This document shows positions 18,023-28,376 of a stretch of DNA of 37,653 bases, piece after piece. Location: the IMG/VR virus record IMGVR_UViG_2778261231_000003; one strand, 5' to 3'. The stretch comes from a virus (Duplodnaviria > Heunggongvirae > Uroviricota > Caudoviricetes). The notes below the pieces were generated by a model that ran no database searches, had not been told where the DNA came from, and worked only from the letters and a program-made list of their open reading frames with translations. Position numbers and translations under genes: made by a program. Positions within the stretch are counted from its first letter, which is position 1. The number at the start of each line of letters is the position of its first letter.

Positions 18023-18326
18023 TATCGCCCGCGTGCGCCGGGAATCCCTGCGCTGGAGTCTGCTGGTTGCTCTGAACAAAACCCGCCCGTACACCGCCAG
18101 CGAGACGCTGCTGCTGGACGTGTCCCGCGCCATCTACCCGGACACCACTCCGCTGGAGCTGCGCCGTGAGCTGGATTATCTGTCCGACCGCAAGATGGTT
18201 GATCTGGAGAAAAAACCCTCCGGCGACTGGTTTGCCGACCTGACCCGCCTCGGCGTTGACCTGGTGGAATATACCGTGGAATGCGGCCCCGGTATCGCCC
18301 GCCCGGAAAAGTACTGGAGTGAATGA
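18015..18326 (+). CDS. Hypothetical protein
   Basis: AGGAGG Shine-Dalgarno 6 nt before ATG 18015; 103 aa. Confidence 0.55.
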   Translation: MVDIARVRRESLRWSLLVALNKTRPYTASETLLLDVSRAIYPDTTPLELRRELDYLSDRKMVDLEKKPSGDWFADLTRLGVDLVEYTVECGPGIARPEKYWSE

Positions 18327-18871
18327 TGGCCAGACGCAGCACGATAGAAAAGCTGCCGGAAGACGTGCGTCGCTGGCTTGAGCGGGCGCTGACTGAATCC
18401 GGCTTCAGCGGGTATAACGAGCTGGAGTCCCTGCTGCGTGAGCAGGGTTATGTCATCAGCAAATCGGCTATCCATCGCTATGGCCAGAAGATTGAGCGCC
18501 GCTATGGCGCTATCCGTGCAGCCACTGAAGCGGCCCGGATGCTGACCGAAGGTGCGGCTGACGATCAGGATGCACGTTCGGAGGCGGTGATCGCCCTGAT
18601 TCAGACCGAGCTGTTCGAGAGCATCGTCCAGCTGCAGGAAGCGGAAGAAGGCGAAGTCGACCCCAAAGAGCGCGTGGCGCTGTTGTCGAAGGTGGCAAAG
18701 AACGTGGCCACGCTGTCCCGCGCTTCCGTCAACCTCAAGAAGTTCCAGTCTGAAGTCCGGGCCAGAGCGCAGCAGGCGGCCAGCAACGCCGAGAAAATTG
18801 CCCGTAAGGGTGGACTGTCAACCGATGCGGTACAGGCGCTGCGTCGTGAAATTCTGGGGATTGCCTCATGA
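18323..18871 (+). CDS. DUF3486-like protein (putative terminase small subunit)
   Basis: Immediately precedes and overlaps the large terminase gene; family call from memory. Confidence 0.6.
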   Translation: MMARRSTIEKLPEDVRRWLERALTESGFSGYNELESLLREQGYVISKSAIHRYGQKIERRYGAIRAATEAARMLTEGAADDQDARSEAVIALIQTELFESIVQLQEAEEGEVDPKERVALLSKVAKNVATLSRASVNLKKFQSEVRARAQQAASNAEKIARKGGLSTDAVQALRREILGIAS

Positions 18872-20391
18872 GCCAGCTTGCTCCTGTTTTGCCTGACACC
18901 TCGGCGCTGGATATCCCCGCCGTTCTGATGCCCTACCAGCAGCGCTGGGTGGCTGACACGTCTCCGCTCAAGGTGATTGAGAAGAGCCGCCGAACCGGTA
19001 TCACCTGGGCTGAGGCGTCCGATGACGTGCTGACCGCAGCCTCTTCAGCCCCTGCGGGTGGGATGAACGTGTATTACATCGCCTATAACCAGGACATGAC
19101 CGTCGAATATATTCAGGCGTGTGCGATGTGGGCGCGGGCATTCAACTATGCCGCCAGTGAAATCGAAGAGGGTTTCTGGGAAGAGGACGAAGACGACAAG
19201 CATATCAAGACCTACACCATCAAATTCCCTGACTCCGGCTTCCGCGTTGTCGCGCTCTCCAGCCGTCCGTCTAACCTGCGTGGCCGTCAGGGCATCATCG
19301 TTATCGACGAAGCGGCGTTCCATGAGCAACTGGACGAACTGCTGAAGGCGGCGCTGGCGATGCTTATCTGGGGCGGTAAAGTGCGCGTTATCTCCACCCA
19401 TGACGGTGACGATAACCCGTTCAATACGCTTATCGGTGATATCCGGGCCGGGCGTCAGGGGGGCAGCGTACATCGCATTACTTTTCAGGAGGCTGTGTCC
19501 CAAGGGCTGTTCCACCGCGTCTGCCTGCGTACCGGGAAAGAATGGTCGGAAGCATCCGAGCAGGCGTGGATGGCATCGGTGTACAAATTCTACGGTGCCG
19601 GTGCATCGGAGGAGCTTGACTGTGTTCCGGCCAACGGTGGCGGAGCCTGGCTGTCCCGCGCCCTGATTGAGTCCCGTATGTCGGCTGGCACGCCGGTGTT
19701 GCGTCTGACCTGCCCGGAGGGTTACGAGCTGAAGCCCGATGATGTCCGCTGGAGCGAGACGCAGGAGTGGCTTGATACACATCTGAAACCGTTGCTGGAG
19801 GCGCTCCCCGCTGACGCACGTTCTTTCCTGGGTCGCGACTTTGGCCGCAGCGGTGACCTGTCGGTGGACTATCCCCTGCTGCAGGAGAAGAACCTAGTTC
19901 GCCGCGTGCCGTTCGTGCTGGAGCTGCGCAACGTGCCGTTCAAACAGCAGGAGCAAATCGCCTGGTACCTGATGGATGGCCTGCCAAACCTGATGGGCGC
20001 GGCGCTTGATGCCCGTGGTAACGGCTCTTACCTCGCCGAATACGCCATGCAGCGCTACGGCTCCAGCCGGGTTAAGCAGGTGATGCCAACTGAAAACTGG
20101 TATCGCGAGCATATGCCGCCGGTCAAGGCTGCGCTGGAAGATGGCAACCTGGTGGATTTACCGAAGGATGAAGATACGCTGGATGACCTGCGGGCCGTTC
20201 AGGTGGTAAACGGCGTTCCCCGCGTGCCGGAACAGCGCTCAAAAGCGAAGTCTGACAGTGGCAAGCGTCACGGGGATTCAGCCATCGCACTGGCGCTGGC
20301 GTACTTCGCCAGTCGTGAAATTAACAAAGGGCCGGTGAAGGCAAGCTCACGCCGTCGTCGTCAGGCGGCCCGTATGCTGGAGGATTACTGA
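18868..20391 (+). CDS. Terminase large subunit (Mu gp28-like)
   Basis: 507 aa, located between the DUF3486 gene and the portal gene; start overlaps upstream stop. Confidence 0.8.
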   Translation: MSQLAPVLPDTSALDIPAVLMPYQQRWVADTSPLKVIEKSRRTGITWAEASDDVLTAASSAPAGGMNVYYIAYNQDMTVEYIQACAMWARAFNYAASEIEEGFWEEDEDDKHIKTYTIKFPDSGFRVVALSSRPSNLRGRQGIIVIDEAAFHEQLDELLKAALAMLIWGGKVRVISTHDGDDNPFNTLIGDIRAGRQGGSVHRITFQEAVSQGLFHRVCLRTGKEWSEASEQAWMASVYKFYGAGASEELDCVPANGGGAWLSRALIESRMSAGTPVLRLTCPEGYELKPDDVRWSETQEWLDTHLKPLLEALPADARSFLGRDFGRSGDLSVDYPLLQEKNLVRRVPFVLELRNVPFKQQEQIAWYLMDGLPNLMGAALDARGNGSYLAEYAMQRYGSSRVKQVMPTENWYREHMPPVKAALEDGNLVDLPKDEDTLDDLRAVQVVNGVPRVPEQRSKAKSDSGKRHGDSAIALALAYFASREINKGPVKASSRRRRQAARMLEDY

Positions 20392-21887
20392 TGGCCCGTG
20401 GACTCTGGGTTTCACCCAGTGAGTTCGTCAAATTTGCCGAACCTAATAAAACACTGACGGAGCAGATCGCCTCGCGCAGCCGCTCCATCGACTTCTTCGG
20501 GCTGGGGATGTACCTGCCTAACCCTGACCCCATTCTGAAATCTCAGGGCCGGGATATCCGCATCTATCGCGAGCTGCGTACCGACCCGCTGGTCGGTGGC
20601 TGCATCCGCAGGCGTAAGGCGGCGGTCAAATCGCTGGAGCGCGGTCTTGAACGTGGCCATGCCCCGGCGCGGGTATTCAGCTTCATCCGGGATATGCTCG
20701 ACGATCTGGATCTGTCCCGCATCATCGGCGAGATGACCGACGCCGTTCTCTACGGGTATCAGCCCTGTGAGATCATGTGGGGACGCTCTGTTAAATCCTG
20801 GGCCATTGCCGATATCGTAGGTAAACCCCCTGAGTGGTTCCAGTTCGACAACGACAACCTGCTGCGCTTTCGCGCCAAGGACGCCGGGCTGGAAGGCGAG
20901 CCGGTACCGCTGAACAAGTTTGTGGTACCGCGTCAGGACGCGACCTACGATAACCCGTATGGCTTCCCTGACCTGTCGATGTGCTTCTGGCCCGTGACCT
21001 TCAAAAAAGGCGGCATGAAGTTCTGGGTGCGCTTTGCCGAGAAATATGGCTCACCGTGGGTTATCGGCAAGCATCCGCGCGGTACCGCTCAGGGTGAGAT
21101 TGACCTGCTGCTGGATTCCATGGAGGCAATGGTGGAAGACGCGGTGGCCGCTATCCCCGACGATTCCTCCATTGAAATTAAGGAGGCCGCAGGCAAGGCC
21201 GACAGCAGCGATATTTATCAGAACCTGATAACGCTTGCCCGCAGTGAAATCTCCATCGCCCTGCTGGGGCAGAACCAGACCACCGAGGCCAACAGTAACC
21301 GCGCCTCCGCGCAGGCCGGACTGGAGGTTACTGATGATATCCGTGACGCTGACGCTGATATCGTGGAAAGCGCGGTGAATCAGGCCATCAGGATGGCGGT
21401 ATCAATGAACTTTGGCGACGTGGCCAGCCCCGTCTGGAAGATGTGGGAACAGGGAACGGTCGACGATACCCAGGCAACCCGCGACGAGAAACTCAGCCGC
21501 TCCGGTGTGGTCTTCACCCCGCAATACTTCAAGCGTGAGTACCAGCTGCAGGACGGTGATATTGACGAGACACCACCGTCAGAACGCCAGAAGAACATGC
21601 TGCCGCTGTCATTTGCCGAAGCTATTGATGCCGATATTCAGGCACAGCAGGCCCTGGACGACGCGCTGGATATTATGATGAACGGAGGCGCGTTAAATGG
21701 CACGCTGGAACCCGTACTGGCTCCTTTGTTTAAGCGGGTTGAAGATGGCGTCAATCCGTCTGAGCTGCTGGGCGAACTGGCCGAGCTGTACCCGCAGATG
21801 AACGCTGAAGACCTGCAGGAACGGCTGGCACGGATTATGTTTGTTGCAACTGTCTGGGGGCGTCTGCATGAGCGTGACAACGGCTGA
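20391..21887 (+). CDS. Portal protein (Mu gp29-like, DUF935)
   Basis: 498 aa; N-terminal region typical of Mu-type portal proteins; followed by the Mu F-like gene. Confidence 0.8.
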   Translation: MARGLWVSPSEFVKFAEPNKTLTEQIASRSRSIDFFGLGMYLPNPDPILKSQGRDIRIYRELRTDPLVGGCIRRRKAAVKSLERGLERGHAPARVFSFIRDMLDDLDLSRIIGEMTDAVLYGYQPCEIMWGRSVKSWAIADIVGKPPEWFQFDNDNLLRFRAKDAGLEGEPVPLNKFVVPRQDATYDNPYGFPDLSMCFWPVTFKKGGMKFWVRFAEKYGSPWVIGKHPRGTAQGEIDLLLDSMEAMVEDAVAAIPDDSSIEIKEAAGKADSSDIYQNLITLARSEISIALLGQNQTTEANSNRASAQAGLEVTDDIRDADADIVESAVNQAIRMAVSMNFGDVASPVWKMWEQGTVDDTQATRDEKLSRSGVVFTPQYFKREYQLQDGDIDETPPSERQKNMLPLSFAEAIDADIQAQQALDDALDIMMNGGALNGTLEPVLAPLFKRVEDGVNPSELLGELAELYPQMNAEDLQERLARIMFVATVWGRLHERDNG

Positions 21888-22689
21888 ACTGGCGTACTGC
21901 ATGACGTTGCCCCCCAAACGGGCTATCAGTTACCTGAAGTCCAAAGGGTATAGCTTCACGTGGGACTGGGAGGAGATGTGGCAGGATGCCCATGCCCGCG
22001 CCTTTACCGTCGCCAAAGTGACCCGCCTTGATATCCTGGAAGATATTCGCGGGGCACTGCAGCAGGCTGTCGATGAAGGAAAAACAGGCCGCTGGTTCCG
22101 GCAGGAGCTGGAGCCGGAGCTGCAGCGTAAGGGATGGTGGGGGCCACGTGACACCACCGACCCGGTAACGGGCGAGCCGGTCACCATCCAGCAGGGCAGC
22201 CCATGGCGTCTCGACACCATCTTTCGCACAAATATGTCCGTACTCTACAGCGCCGGTCGCTGGGCTGAGCAGATGGAGAACGTCGACGACAGGCCGTACT
22301 GGATGTATACCGGCATCAACGACAGCCATACCCGCAAGAGCCATCTGGCGCTGCATGGTCTGGTGCTGCGCTATGATGACCCGTTCTGGCAGGCGTTCTA
22401 TCCGCCGAACGGCTGGCGCTGCCGTTGTGGCGTGATTGCCCTGAGCGCGGCGGATGTGCGTGCCCGTGGCCTGAAGGTGTCAGGTTCTGGCGCAGCTCTG
22501 GGATGGGAGCTGAAGCTGGTCTCAGAGAAAACCGGCGAGATGCAGAACGTCGCCACCTTCAATACCGGCACCACGAAGGTGGCTACCGACGTCGGCTGGT
22601 CTTATGCGCCGGGGGCAGCATACCGTCCCGACCTTGCCCGCTATCAGGGGACGCTTCAACCGCTGGCACAGCAGGAACTGAGAGGATAA
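21868..22689 (+). CDS. Head morphogenesis protein (Mu F-like)
   Basis: C-terminal ...HLALHGLVLRYDDPFWQAFYPPNGWRCRCGV is the Mu F hallmark; ATG 21868. Confidence 0.8.
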   Translation: MSVTTAELAYCMTLPPKRAISYLKSKGYSFTWDWEEMWQDAHARAFTVAKVTRLDILEDIRGALQQAVDEGKTGRWFRQELEPELQRKGWWGPRDTTDPVTGEPVTIQQGSPWRLDTIFRTNMSVLYSAGRWAEQMENVDDRPYWMYTGINDSHTRKSHLALHGLVLRYDDPFWQAFYPPNGWRCRCGVIALSAADVRARGLKVSGSGAALGWELKLVSEKTGEMQNVATFNTGTTKVATDVGWSYAPGAAYRPDLARYQGTLQPLAQQELRG

Positions 22690-22691
22690 CG

Positions 22692-23150
22692 ATGGCTTCC
22701 GATAACCTGGTCAATGTCACCATTAACGATGAATCCCTGCGCCGGAGCCTCCGTGCGCTGGATCTTGCTGCCACAGACCTGGAACCCGCGATGCGCAAAA
22801 TCGCCGGAACCCTGCTGGCGGAAACGCAGTTTAACTTTCTCGATGAGGGGCGTCCGGGGTGGACTCCCTCGCTGGCAGCGCAGGAGCGCGACGGGCAAAC
22901 GCTGCAGGATACCGGGCGTCTGATGGGGTCGGTATCAACCGACCATGACGACCGGCAGGCAGCGGTTGGCACTAATGTCGTTTATGGGCCGATTCACCAG
23001 TTTGGGGGTAAAACGGGGCGTAATGAGTCCGTTGAACTTCCTGCCCGTCCGTTCCTGCCGCTGACGGGGGACGGTGAGCTGCAGCCTGAAGTGGTTGTCC
23101 CTATCCTCGATACGATTGTCCGCCATCTTGAAGCAGCGGCCCGTCGCTGA
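22692..23150 (+). CDS. Virion morphogenesis protein (Mu G-like)
   Basis: 152 aa after Shine-Dalgarno GAGAGGA; position between F-like and I-like genes. Confidence 0.7.
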   Translation: MASDNLVNVTINDESLRRSLRALDLAATDLEPAMRKIAGTLLAETQFNFLDEGRPGWTPSLAAQERDGQTLQDTGRLMGSVSTDHDDRQAAVGTNVVYGPIHQFGGKTGRNESVELPARPFLPLTGDGELQPEVVVPILDTIVRHLEAAARR

Positions 23151-23194
23151 GTTTTGTCTCTGCAGGCGGGTGATTTATCATTGCCAGCCGCTGA

Positions 23195-23230
23195 GGGGCT
23201 GTATTACCTTTATAAAGGCTTTACAGCCCC
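23195..23230. promoter_or_regulatory. Long imperfect palindrome / hairpin in the G-I intergenic region (terminator or late-promoter element)
   Basis: GGGGCTGTA-TTACCTTTATAAAGGCTT-TACAGCCCC: 9-bp perfect outer arms plus inner CCTTTATAAAGG palindrome. Confidence 0.4.
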
Positions 23231-23364
23231 CGCTTTGCACCACTATTCGCCCGCAGCGTGACATTCCCCGTACTGATACCCCCGATTTTTTCTAAAGCAG
23301 ATTAAAAGCGCTGCTGACGCTTTTTCCACAGACTGTCCCCGACAACGTAACGCGGGACAGCAAA

Positions 23365-24462
23365 ATGCCAGCCATTCACATTTTTAAAGCCGGTACTCAT
23401 ACCGATATGCACGGCACGAAATTGCCGTTCACGCAAAGCGATCTTGCCGCCTGCGTGAAAGCCTATGACCCGTCCGTCCATGAAGCACCACTCGTTATCG
23501 GCCACCCCAAAACGGAAGACCCGGCGTGGGGCTGGGTGAAATCCCTGTCGCTTAACGGCGGCGATCTGCTGGCTGAGCCTGACCAGCTCGACCCGCAGTT
23601 TGCCGAACTGGTGGGCAACGGGCGCTTCAAGAAGGTCTCAGCCTCGTTCTATCTCCCGGACTCACCGAACAACCCGAAGCCCGGCACGCTTTACCTGCGT
23701 CATGTCGGCTTTCTGGGGGCGCAGCCACCGTCCATTAAGGGGCTTAAGCAGGTTTCGTTTGGTGAGAAAGAAGAAGGCGTCGTGGAGTTTGCCGACTGGA
23801 GTGATATCACCAACGCCTCTTTATGGGGCCGTCTGCGCGATTTTCTGATCGCCCAGTTCGGGCTGGACGAGACCGACAAGGTGCTTCCTTCATGGCAGGT
23901 GGACTCCCTGCGTGAAGAGGCTTACCGCGACACCGGGAAGTCTGAACCGGACTTCAGTGAACACAATCCCACCCCTCAAAAAGAGAACAGCACCATGACT
24001 GAAGAAGAAATCAAAGCGCTTCAGGCGGAAAACACGCGTCTGAAAGCGGAAGCCACCCAGCGGGCGGAACAGGAAGCGAAGGCTAAGCAGGACAAACTGC
24101 ACGCGGACAACGTCTCCTTTGCCGAGAAGCTGGTTGGCGATGGCCGACTGGCTCCTAAAGCGAAGTCGGTTGTCGTGGCCATTCTGGACGCGGTCTCTGC
24201 AGGCGACAAGCCGGTTGAGTTTGCCGAAGGCGATATCCGCACCCCTCTGGCCACGGCGTTTAAGACGCTGCTGGACAGCACTGAGCCGGTACTGAATTTC
24301 AGTGAGCACGCGACCAAAGACCGCGTGAACACGGAGATCAAAACGACGTCAGCAGAGTTCGCTGAAGCCGACCCGGAACGTCTGGCGCTGCATCAGAAAG
24401 CGCTGGAACTGTCGAAAAAAGAAGGCATCAGCTACGACGCTGCTGTCTCCCGCTGCCTGTAA
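23365..24462 (+). CDS. Head maturation protease / scaffold protein (Mu I-like)
   Basis: 365 aa; acidic, coiled-coil C-terminal half; directly upstream of the major head gene as in Mu. Confidence 0.7.
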   Translation: MPAIHIFKAGTHTDMHGTKLPFTQSDLAACVKAYDPSVHEAPLVIGHPKTEDPAWGWVKSLSLNGGDLLAEPDQLDPQFAELVGNGRFKKVSASFYLPDSPNNPKPGTLYLRHVGFLGAQPPSIKGLKQVSFGEKEEGVVEFADWSDITNASLWGRLRDFLIAQFGLDETDKVLPSWQVDSLREEAYRDTGKSEPDFSEHNPTPQKENSTMTEEEIKALQAENTRLKAEATQRAEQEAKAKQDKLHADNVSFAEKLVGDGRLAPKAKSVVVAILDAVSAGDKPVEFAEGDIRTPLATAFKTLLDSTEPVLNFSEHATKDRVNTEIKTTSAEFAEADPERLALHQKALELSKKEGISYDAAVSRCL

Positions 24463-24475
24463 TTAAGGAGAGAAC

Positions 24476-25429
24476 ATGTCTGACTATTTAAAGGGTAAGC
24501 GCGTTGTTGACCCGGTGCTGACCAGCATCGCTCGCGGTTATAAAAATGCCGCATTTATCGGCGAACGCATCTTCCCCATTGTCCAGACCGATAAGGAAGG
24601 TGTGACCGTCCCGACCTTCGGTAAATCCGCCTTTGTTGAGTACGACACCGAGCGTGCCGTGGGGGCTGACAGTAACGTCCTGGTACGTGAGAAGACCGGC
24701 AAACTGGATCTGGTTCTTAACGAGCACGATCTGGCCGCGCCGGTGGACTACCGCGAGCAGGCGGAGTCGATGTTCAACGAAGAGGCCAAGGCCATTCGTC
24801 GCGTGACCAGTGGCGTCAACCTGAAGCGCGAACTGTATGCGGCCCGTCTGGCGCAGGACAAAAACGTTTACCCGGCATCGTCCGTTAAAGCACTGGCAGC
24901 TGCTGAACGCTGGGTCGGTGGTAAAGGTGATCCAATTGGCATTATTGAAGGTGGCATTGAGGCGGTACGTAACAAAACCGGCCTGCGCCCAAACCTGATG
25001 ACCATGGGGGCCAGCGTCATGTCGCTGCTGAAGTTCCACCCGGCGATTCAGGCCGCGATTGGAGCCAACGAGCGCAAGCGTATCACCATCGAAATTCTGA
25101 AAGACCTTTTCCAACTGGAAGATGTGGCGATCGGCGAGCCGGTCTCCATGGCCTCCATGAAAGACGCGCAGAACAAGGACAAAGTCCCGACCGATATCTG
25201 GGGTGACAACCTGATGCTGCATTACGTTGGCAAACCGCAACCAGGCACCGACAGCGCCGACGAAAACGAGCCGTCATTCGGTTACACCCTGCGCCGTAAA
25301 GGGATGCCGGTGGCGGATAAATACGACGGTGTCGGCGGCAAAGTGAAGTACTGCCGTTATACCGATATCTACAAAGTCGCCGTGGTCGGTGGCGATGCCG
25401 GGTATCTCGTCACCAACATTGTGAAATAA
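24476..25429 (+). CDS. Major head subunit (Mu T-like)
   Basis: 317 aa, AAGGAGAG Shine-Dalgarno; position and N-terminus as in Mu-type major capsid proteins. Confidence 0.8.
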   Translation: MSDYLKGKRVVDPVLTSIARGYKNAAFIGERIFPIVQTDKEGVTVPTFGKSAFVEYDTERAVGADSNVLVREKTGKLDLVLNEHDLAAPVDYREQAESMFNEEAKAIRRVTSGVNLKRELYAARLAQDKNVYPASSVKALAAAERWVGGKGDPIGIIEGGIEAVRNKTGLRPNLMTMGASVMSLLKFHPAIQAAIGANERKRITIEILKDLFQLEDVAIGEPVSMASMKDAQNKDKVPTDIWGDNLMLHYVGKPQPGTDSADENEPSFGYTLRRKGMPVADKYDGVGGKVKYCRYTDIYKVAVVGGDAGYLVTNIVK

Positions 25430-25439
25430 GGAGACGGTC

Positions 25440-25796
25440 ATGGGTACAACTCAACAGGTCATTCTGACCACCACCGTGACGGCCAGCGCGGCGCTGACGC
25501 AACAGCGCTTTGTCGGTGCCGATAATGGCCCCTGTCAGGCCGGTGCCGTGGCGCTCGGTGTGGCAGAGGTGGATGCTGCTGCCGGTGATGTAACGCCGGT
25601 CAACGTACTGGGTATTGTTGCCGTCGAGGCTGGTGCTGCGATTGCTAAAGGGCAGAACGTCCAGTCGGATGAGAATGCCTGCGCCGTTCCCCAGACAGCC
25701 GCATCGGGCGAGACCCCGGCGGGCATTTCTGCCGGGATTGCGCTGGATGAGGCGCTGGCCGAAGGTGACGTTATCCGTATCCTGCGCGGGGTGTGA
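25440..25796 (+). CDS. Small head-associated protein (hypothetical, Ala/Gly-rich)
   Basis: AGGAGA Shine-Dalgarno before ATG 25440; 118 aa. Confidence 0.55.
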   Translation: MGTTQQVILTTTVTASAALTQQRFVGADNGPCQAGAVALGVAEVDAAAGDVTPVNVLGIVAVEAGAAIAKGQNVQSDENACAVPQTAASGETPAGISAGIALDEALAEGDVIRILRGV

Positions 25797-25797
25797 T

Positions 25798-26244
25798 ATG
25801 TACTGCACCCTCGCGGATTTGCTTGAACAGGTTCCTGAGCGGACGCTAATCCAGCTCACCAATGAGGAGCTGGACTTCGACTCGCCCGCGACGGTGAAAA
25901 CTGAGGTGGTGGACAGCTGTATTCGCTATGCCGATGAACTGATTGATGCCCATCTGCGCGGACGCTATACCCTGCCGCTGGCGGAAATACCGACCGTTCT
26001 GCGGGACATTGCCATCACGCTGGTGCGTTACCGGCTCTACACCCGCCGCCCGGAAGGGGCTGTCCCGGATACCGTGAAGGATGACCACAAAGAGGCCCGG
26101 CGACAGCTGGAGGGGTTGCGTGACAACAAGCTGACGCTGGGGCTGCAGTCCACTCAAAAAGACGTGCCTGAGTCCGGTGAAATCCGGGCGCGGGCACGTC
26201 GCCCCACCTTTGGCGGGCGCGATGGCTTACTGGAGAAATACTGA
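25798..26244 (+). CDS. Mu gp36-like protein (DUF1320; head-tail connector candidate)
   Basis: ATG 25798 (MYCTLADL...); the upstream part of ORF-track 25615 overlaps the preceding gene. Confidence 0.6.
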   Translation: MYCTLADLLEQVPERTLIQLTNEELDFDSPATVKTEVVDSCIRYADELIDAHLRGRYTLPLAEIPTVLRDIAITLVRYRLYTRRPEGAVPDTVKDDHKEARRQLEGLRDNKLTLGLQSTQKDVPESGEIRARARRPTFGGRDGLLEKY

Positions 26245-26708
26245 TGAACGTTCTGCCCGTCCTCGATGCAGTACTGACCCGGTTACGGGAGAAGCTGCCG
26301 CAGCTGCAGGTGGAGTACTTCCCGGAGAAACCGGCTGAGTATCGCCTGAATCATCCGGTTGGGGCGCTGCTGGTGAGCTATGCCGGGTCGCGCTTCGATA
26401 AGCCGAATGATATCGGTGCGGTGCTCCAGACTCAGACTATCCAGCTCTGCGTCACGGTAGTTTTCCGCCAGCTCAACGGTAAAAGAGGCGCGATTGACGT
26501 TCTGGATGCAGTCCGTCGCATCCTCGGTGGCTACACCCCGCCGAACTGCCGCCGTCGCATCTGGCTGACCCGCGAGGTGTTTATCGGTGAGGTCAAGGGG
26601 CTGTGGCAGTACGCCCTCGACTTTGCCACTGAAAGCGTCTTTATCGAAGACAGCGATTTACCGTCCGGCCCGCTGTTAACCGAAGTGAACTATGAGGAAA
26701 GCGAGTGA
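26244..26708 (+). CDS. Mu gp37-like protein (DUF1834)
   Basis: 154 aa, coupled to neighbouring genes. Confidence 0.55.
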   Translation: MNVLPVLDAVLTRLREKLPQLQVEYFPEKPAEYRLNHPVGALLVSYAGSRFDKPNDIGAVLQTQTIQLCVTVVFRQLNGKRGAIDVLDAVRRILGGYTPPNCRRRIWLTREVFIGEVKGLWQYALDFATESVFIEDSDLPSGPLLTEVNYEESE

Positions 26709-26959
26709 TGAAAGAATACCGCTATTCCGGCCCGGCCAGCGGCGTCACGCTGTCGGACGGAACCGAAATCCTGCTCTGGCCGGGGAAGAATGTTTCCCTG
26801 CCGGAGGAGCATGACTATGTGAAGGTACTGGTGGCGCTGAAGCATCTGACACCGGTATCTGAAGAGACTAAACCCGCCAGCACACCGGTTGTGCAGTCAC
26901 CAAAGCGCAGGAACGCCGGCGACAACGATGTGAAAACGGAGGACTCCCATGGCAGCTAA
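26705..26959 (+). CDS. Small hypothetical protein upstream of the sheath gene
   Basis: 84 aa; start overlaps upstream stop. Confidence 0.5.
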   Translation: MMKEYRYSGPASGVTLSDGTEILLWPGKNVSLPEEHDYVKVLVALKHLTPVSEETKPASTPVVQSPKRRNAGDNDVKTEDSHGS

Positions 26960-28376
26960 CTATCTGCATGGCGTCGAAACCATTGAGGTGGAAAACGGTG
27001 CCCGCCCGGTAAAAATGGTGAAGTCTGCCGTCATTGGCCTGATTGGTACCGCCCCGATGGGGGACGTCAATACGCTGGTGCAGTGCCTGTCTGAGAAAGA
27101 TGCAGCGGCGTTTGGCAGCCAGCTCACCGGTTTTACCATTCCGCAGGCGCTGGATGCGATCTACGACCATGGGGCAGGCACCGTTCTGGTCATTAACGTG
27201 CTTGATCCGGCTGTGCATAAAACCGCTGTGGCCGATGAAGATGTAACGTTCGACAAGGCGACGGGCAAGGCACAGCTGGCTAATCCGGTGGTCGCGCAGC
27301 TGGTACTGAAACCGGACAGCGATGGCCAGCCTTATGTGGAAGGTCAGGACTACTCGCTTGATGCACAGACCGGAGTGATTACCAACCTTGGTAAGAGCAT
27401 TGCCGCAGATGCAACGGTGAAGGCCAGCTATAACTATGCTGATCCAACTAAAGTCACCCCGGCTGATATCATCGGTGCCGTTAACGCTGCGGGCAACCGT
27501 ACCGGCATGAAGCTGCTTAACGACAGCTTCAACCTGTTTGGCTACTTCGCAAAAATACTGATTGCCCCGGTCTTCTGCACCCAGAACAGCGTCTCGGTTG
27601 AGCTTATCGCCATGGCTGAGAAGCTGGGCGCGGTGACCTACATCGACGCGCCGATTGGTACCACTTTTGCGCAGGCTCTGGCGGGGCGTGGCCCGGAAGG
27701 CACCATTAACTTCAACACCAGCTCCGACCGCGTCCGTCTGTGCTACCCGCACGTCAAGGTGTACGACGCGGCCACCAACAGCGAACGGCTGGAGCCGCTG
27801 AGCCAGCGTGCTGCAGGTCTGCGTGCCAAAGTCGACCTGGACAAGGGCTACTGGTGGTCGTCCTCCAACCAGGAAATTCTGGGTATCACCGGCGTGGAGC
27901 GCCAGCTGTCGGCAATGATTGACGACCCGCAGAGCGAGGTGAACCTGCTCAACGAACAGGGCATCACCACGGTCTTCAGCAGCTACGGCAGCGGCCTGCG
28001 TCTGTGGGGCAACCGTATGGCGGCATGGCCAACGGTCACCCATATGCGCAACTTTGAGAACGTTCGCCGTACCGGTGATGTGATCAACGAGTCCCTGCGT
28101 TACTTCAGCCAGCAGTACATCGACATGCCGATTACCCAGGCGCTGATTGATGCGCTGACGGAGTCGGTCAACGCCTACGGTCGCAAGCTGATTGGCGACG
28201 GTGCGCTGCTGGGCTTCAGCTGCTGGTTTGATCCGGCCCGCAACGAAGAGACGGAGCTTGCCGCCGGTCACCTGTTGCTGAGCTACAAATACACGCCACC
28301 ACCACCGCTGGAGCGACTGACGTTTGAGACCGAGATCACCTCGGAATATCTGTTAACCCTGAAGGGGAATAGCTGA
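26949..28376 (+). CDS. Tail sheath protein (Mu L-like)
   Basis: 475 aa, directly upstream of the tube gene; contractile-tail gene order. Confidence 0.8.
   Translation: MAANYLHGVETIEVENGARPVKMVKSAVIGLIGTAPMGDVNTLVQCLSEKDAAAFGSQLTGFTIPQALDAIYDHGAGTVLVINVLDPAVHKTAVADEDVTFDKATGKAQLANPVVAQLVLKPDSDGQPYVEGQDYSLDAQTGVITNLGKSIAADATVKASYNYADPTKVTPADIIGAVNAAGNRTGMKLLNDSFNLFGYFAKILIAPVFCTQNSVSVELIAMAEKLGAVTYIDAPIGTTFAQALAGRGPEGTINFNTSSDRVRLCYPHVKVYDAATNSERLEPLSQRAAGLRAKVDLDKGYWWSSSNQEILGITGVERQLSAMIDDPQSEVNLLNEQGITTVFSSYGSGLRLWGNRMAAWPTVTHMRNFENVRRTGDVINESLRYFSQQYIDMPITQALIDALTESVNAYGRKLIGDGALLGFSCWFDPARNEETELAAGHLLLSYKYTPPPPLERLTFETEITSEYLLTLKGNS

Noticed and set aside
19045-19782. Antisense ORFs within terminase, major head, sheath, late-control-D and J genes (e.g. 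19045-19782, 24488-25240, 26868-28271, 33378-34115, 36010-36597)
   Set aside because: Shadow ORFs on the opposite strand of confidently assigned structural genes; no start context or motifs.
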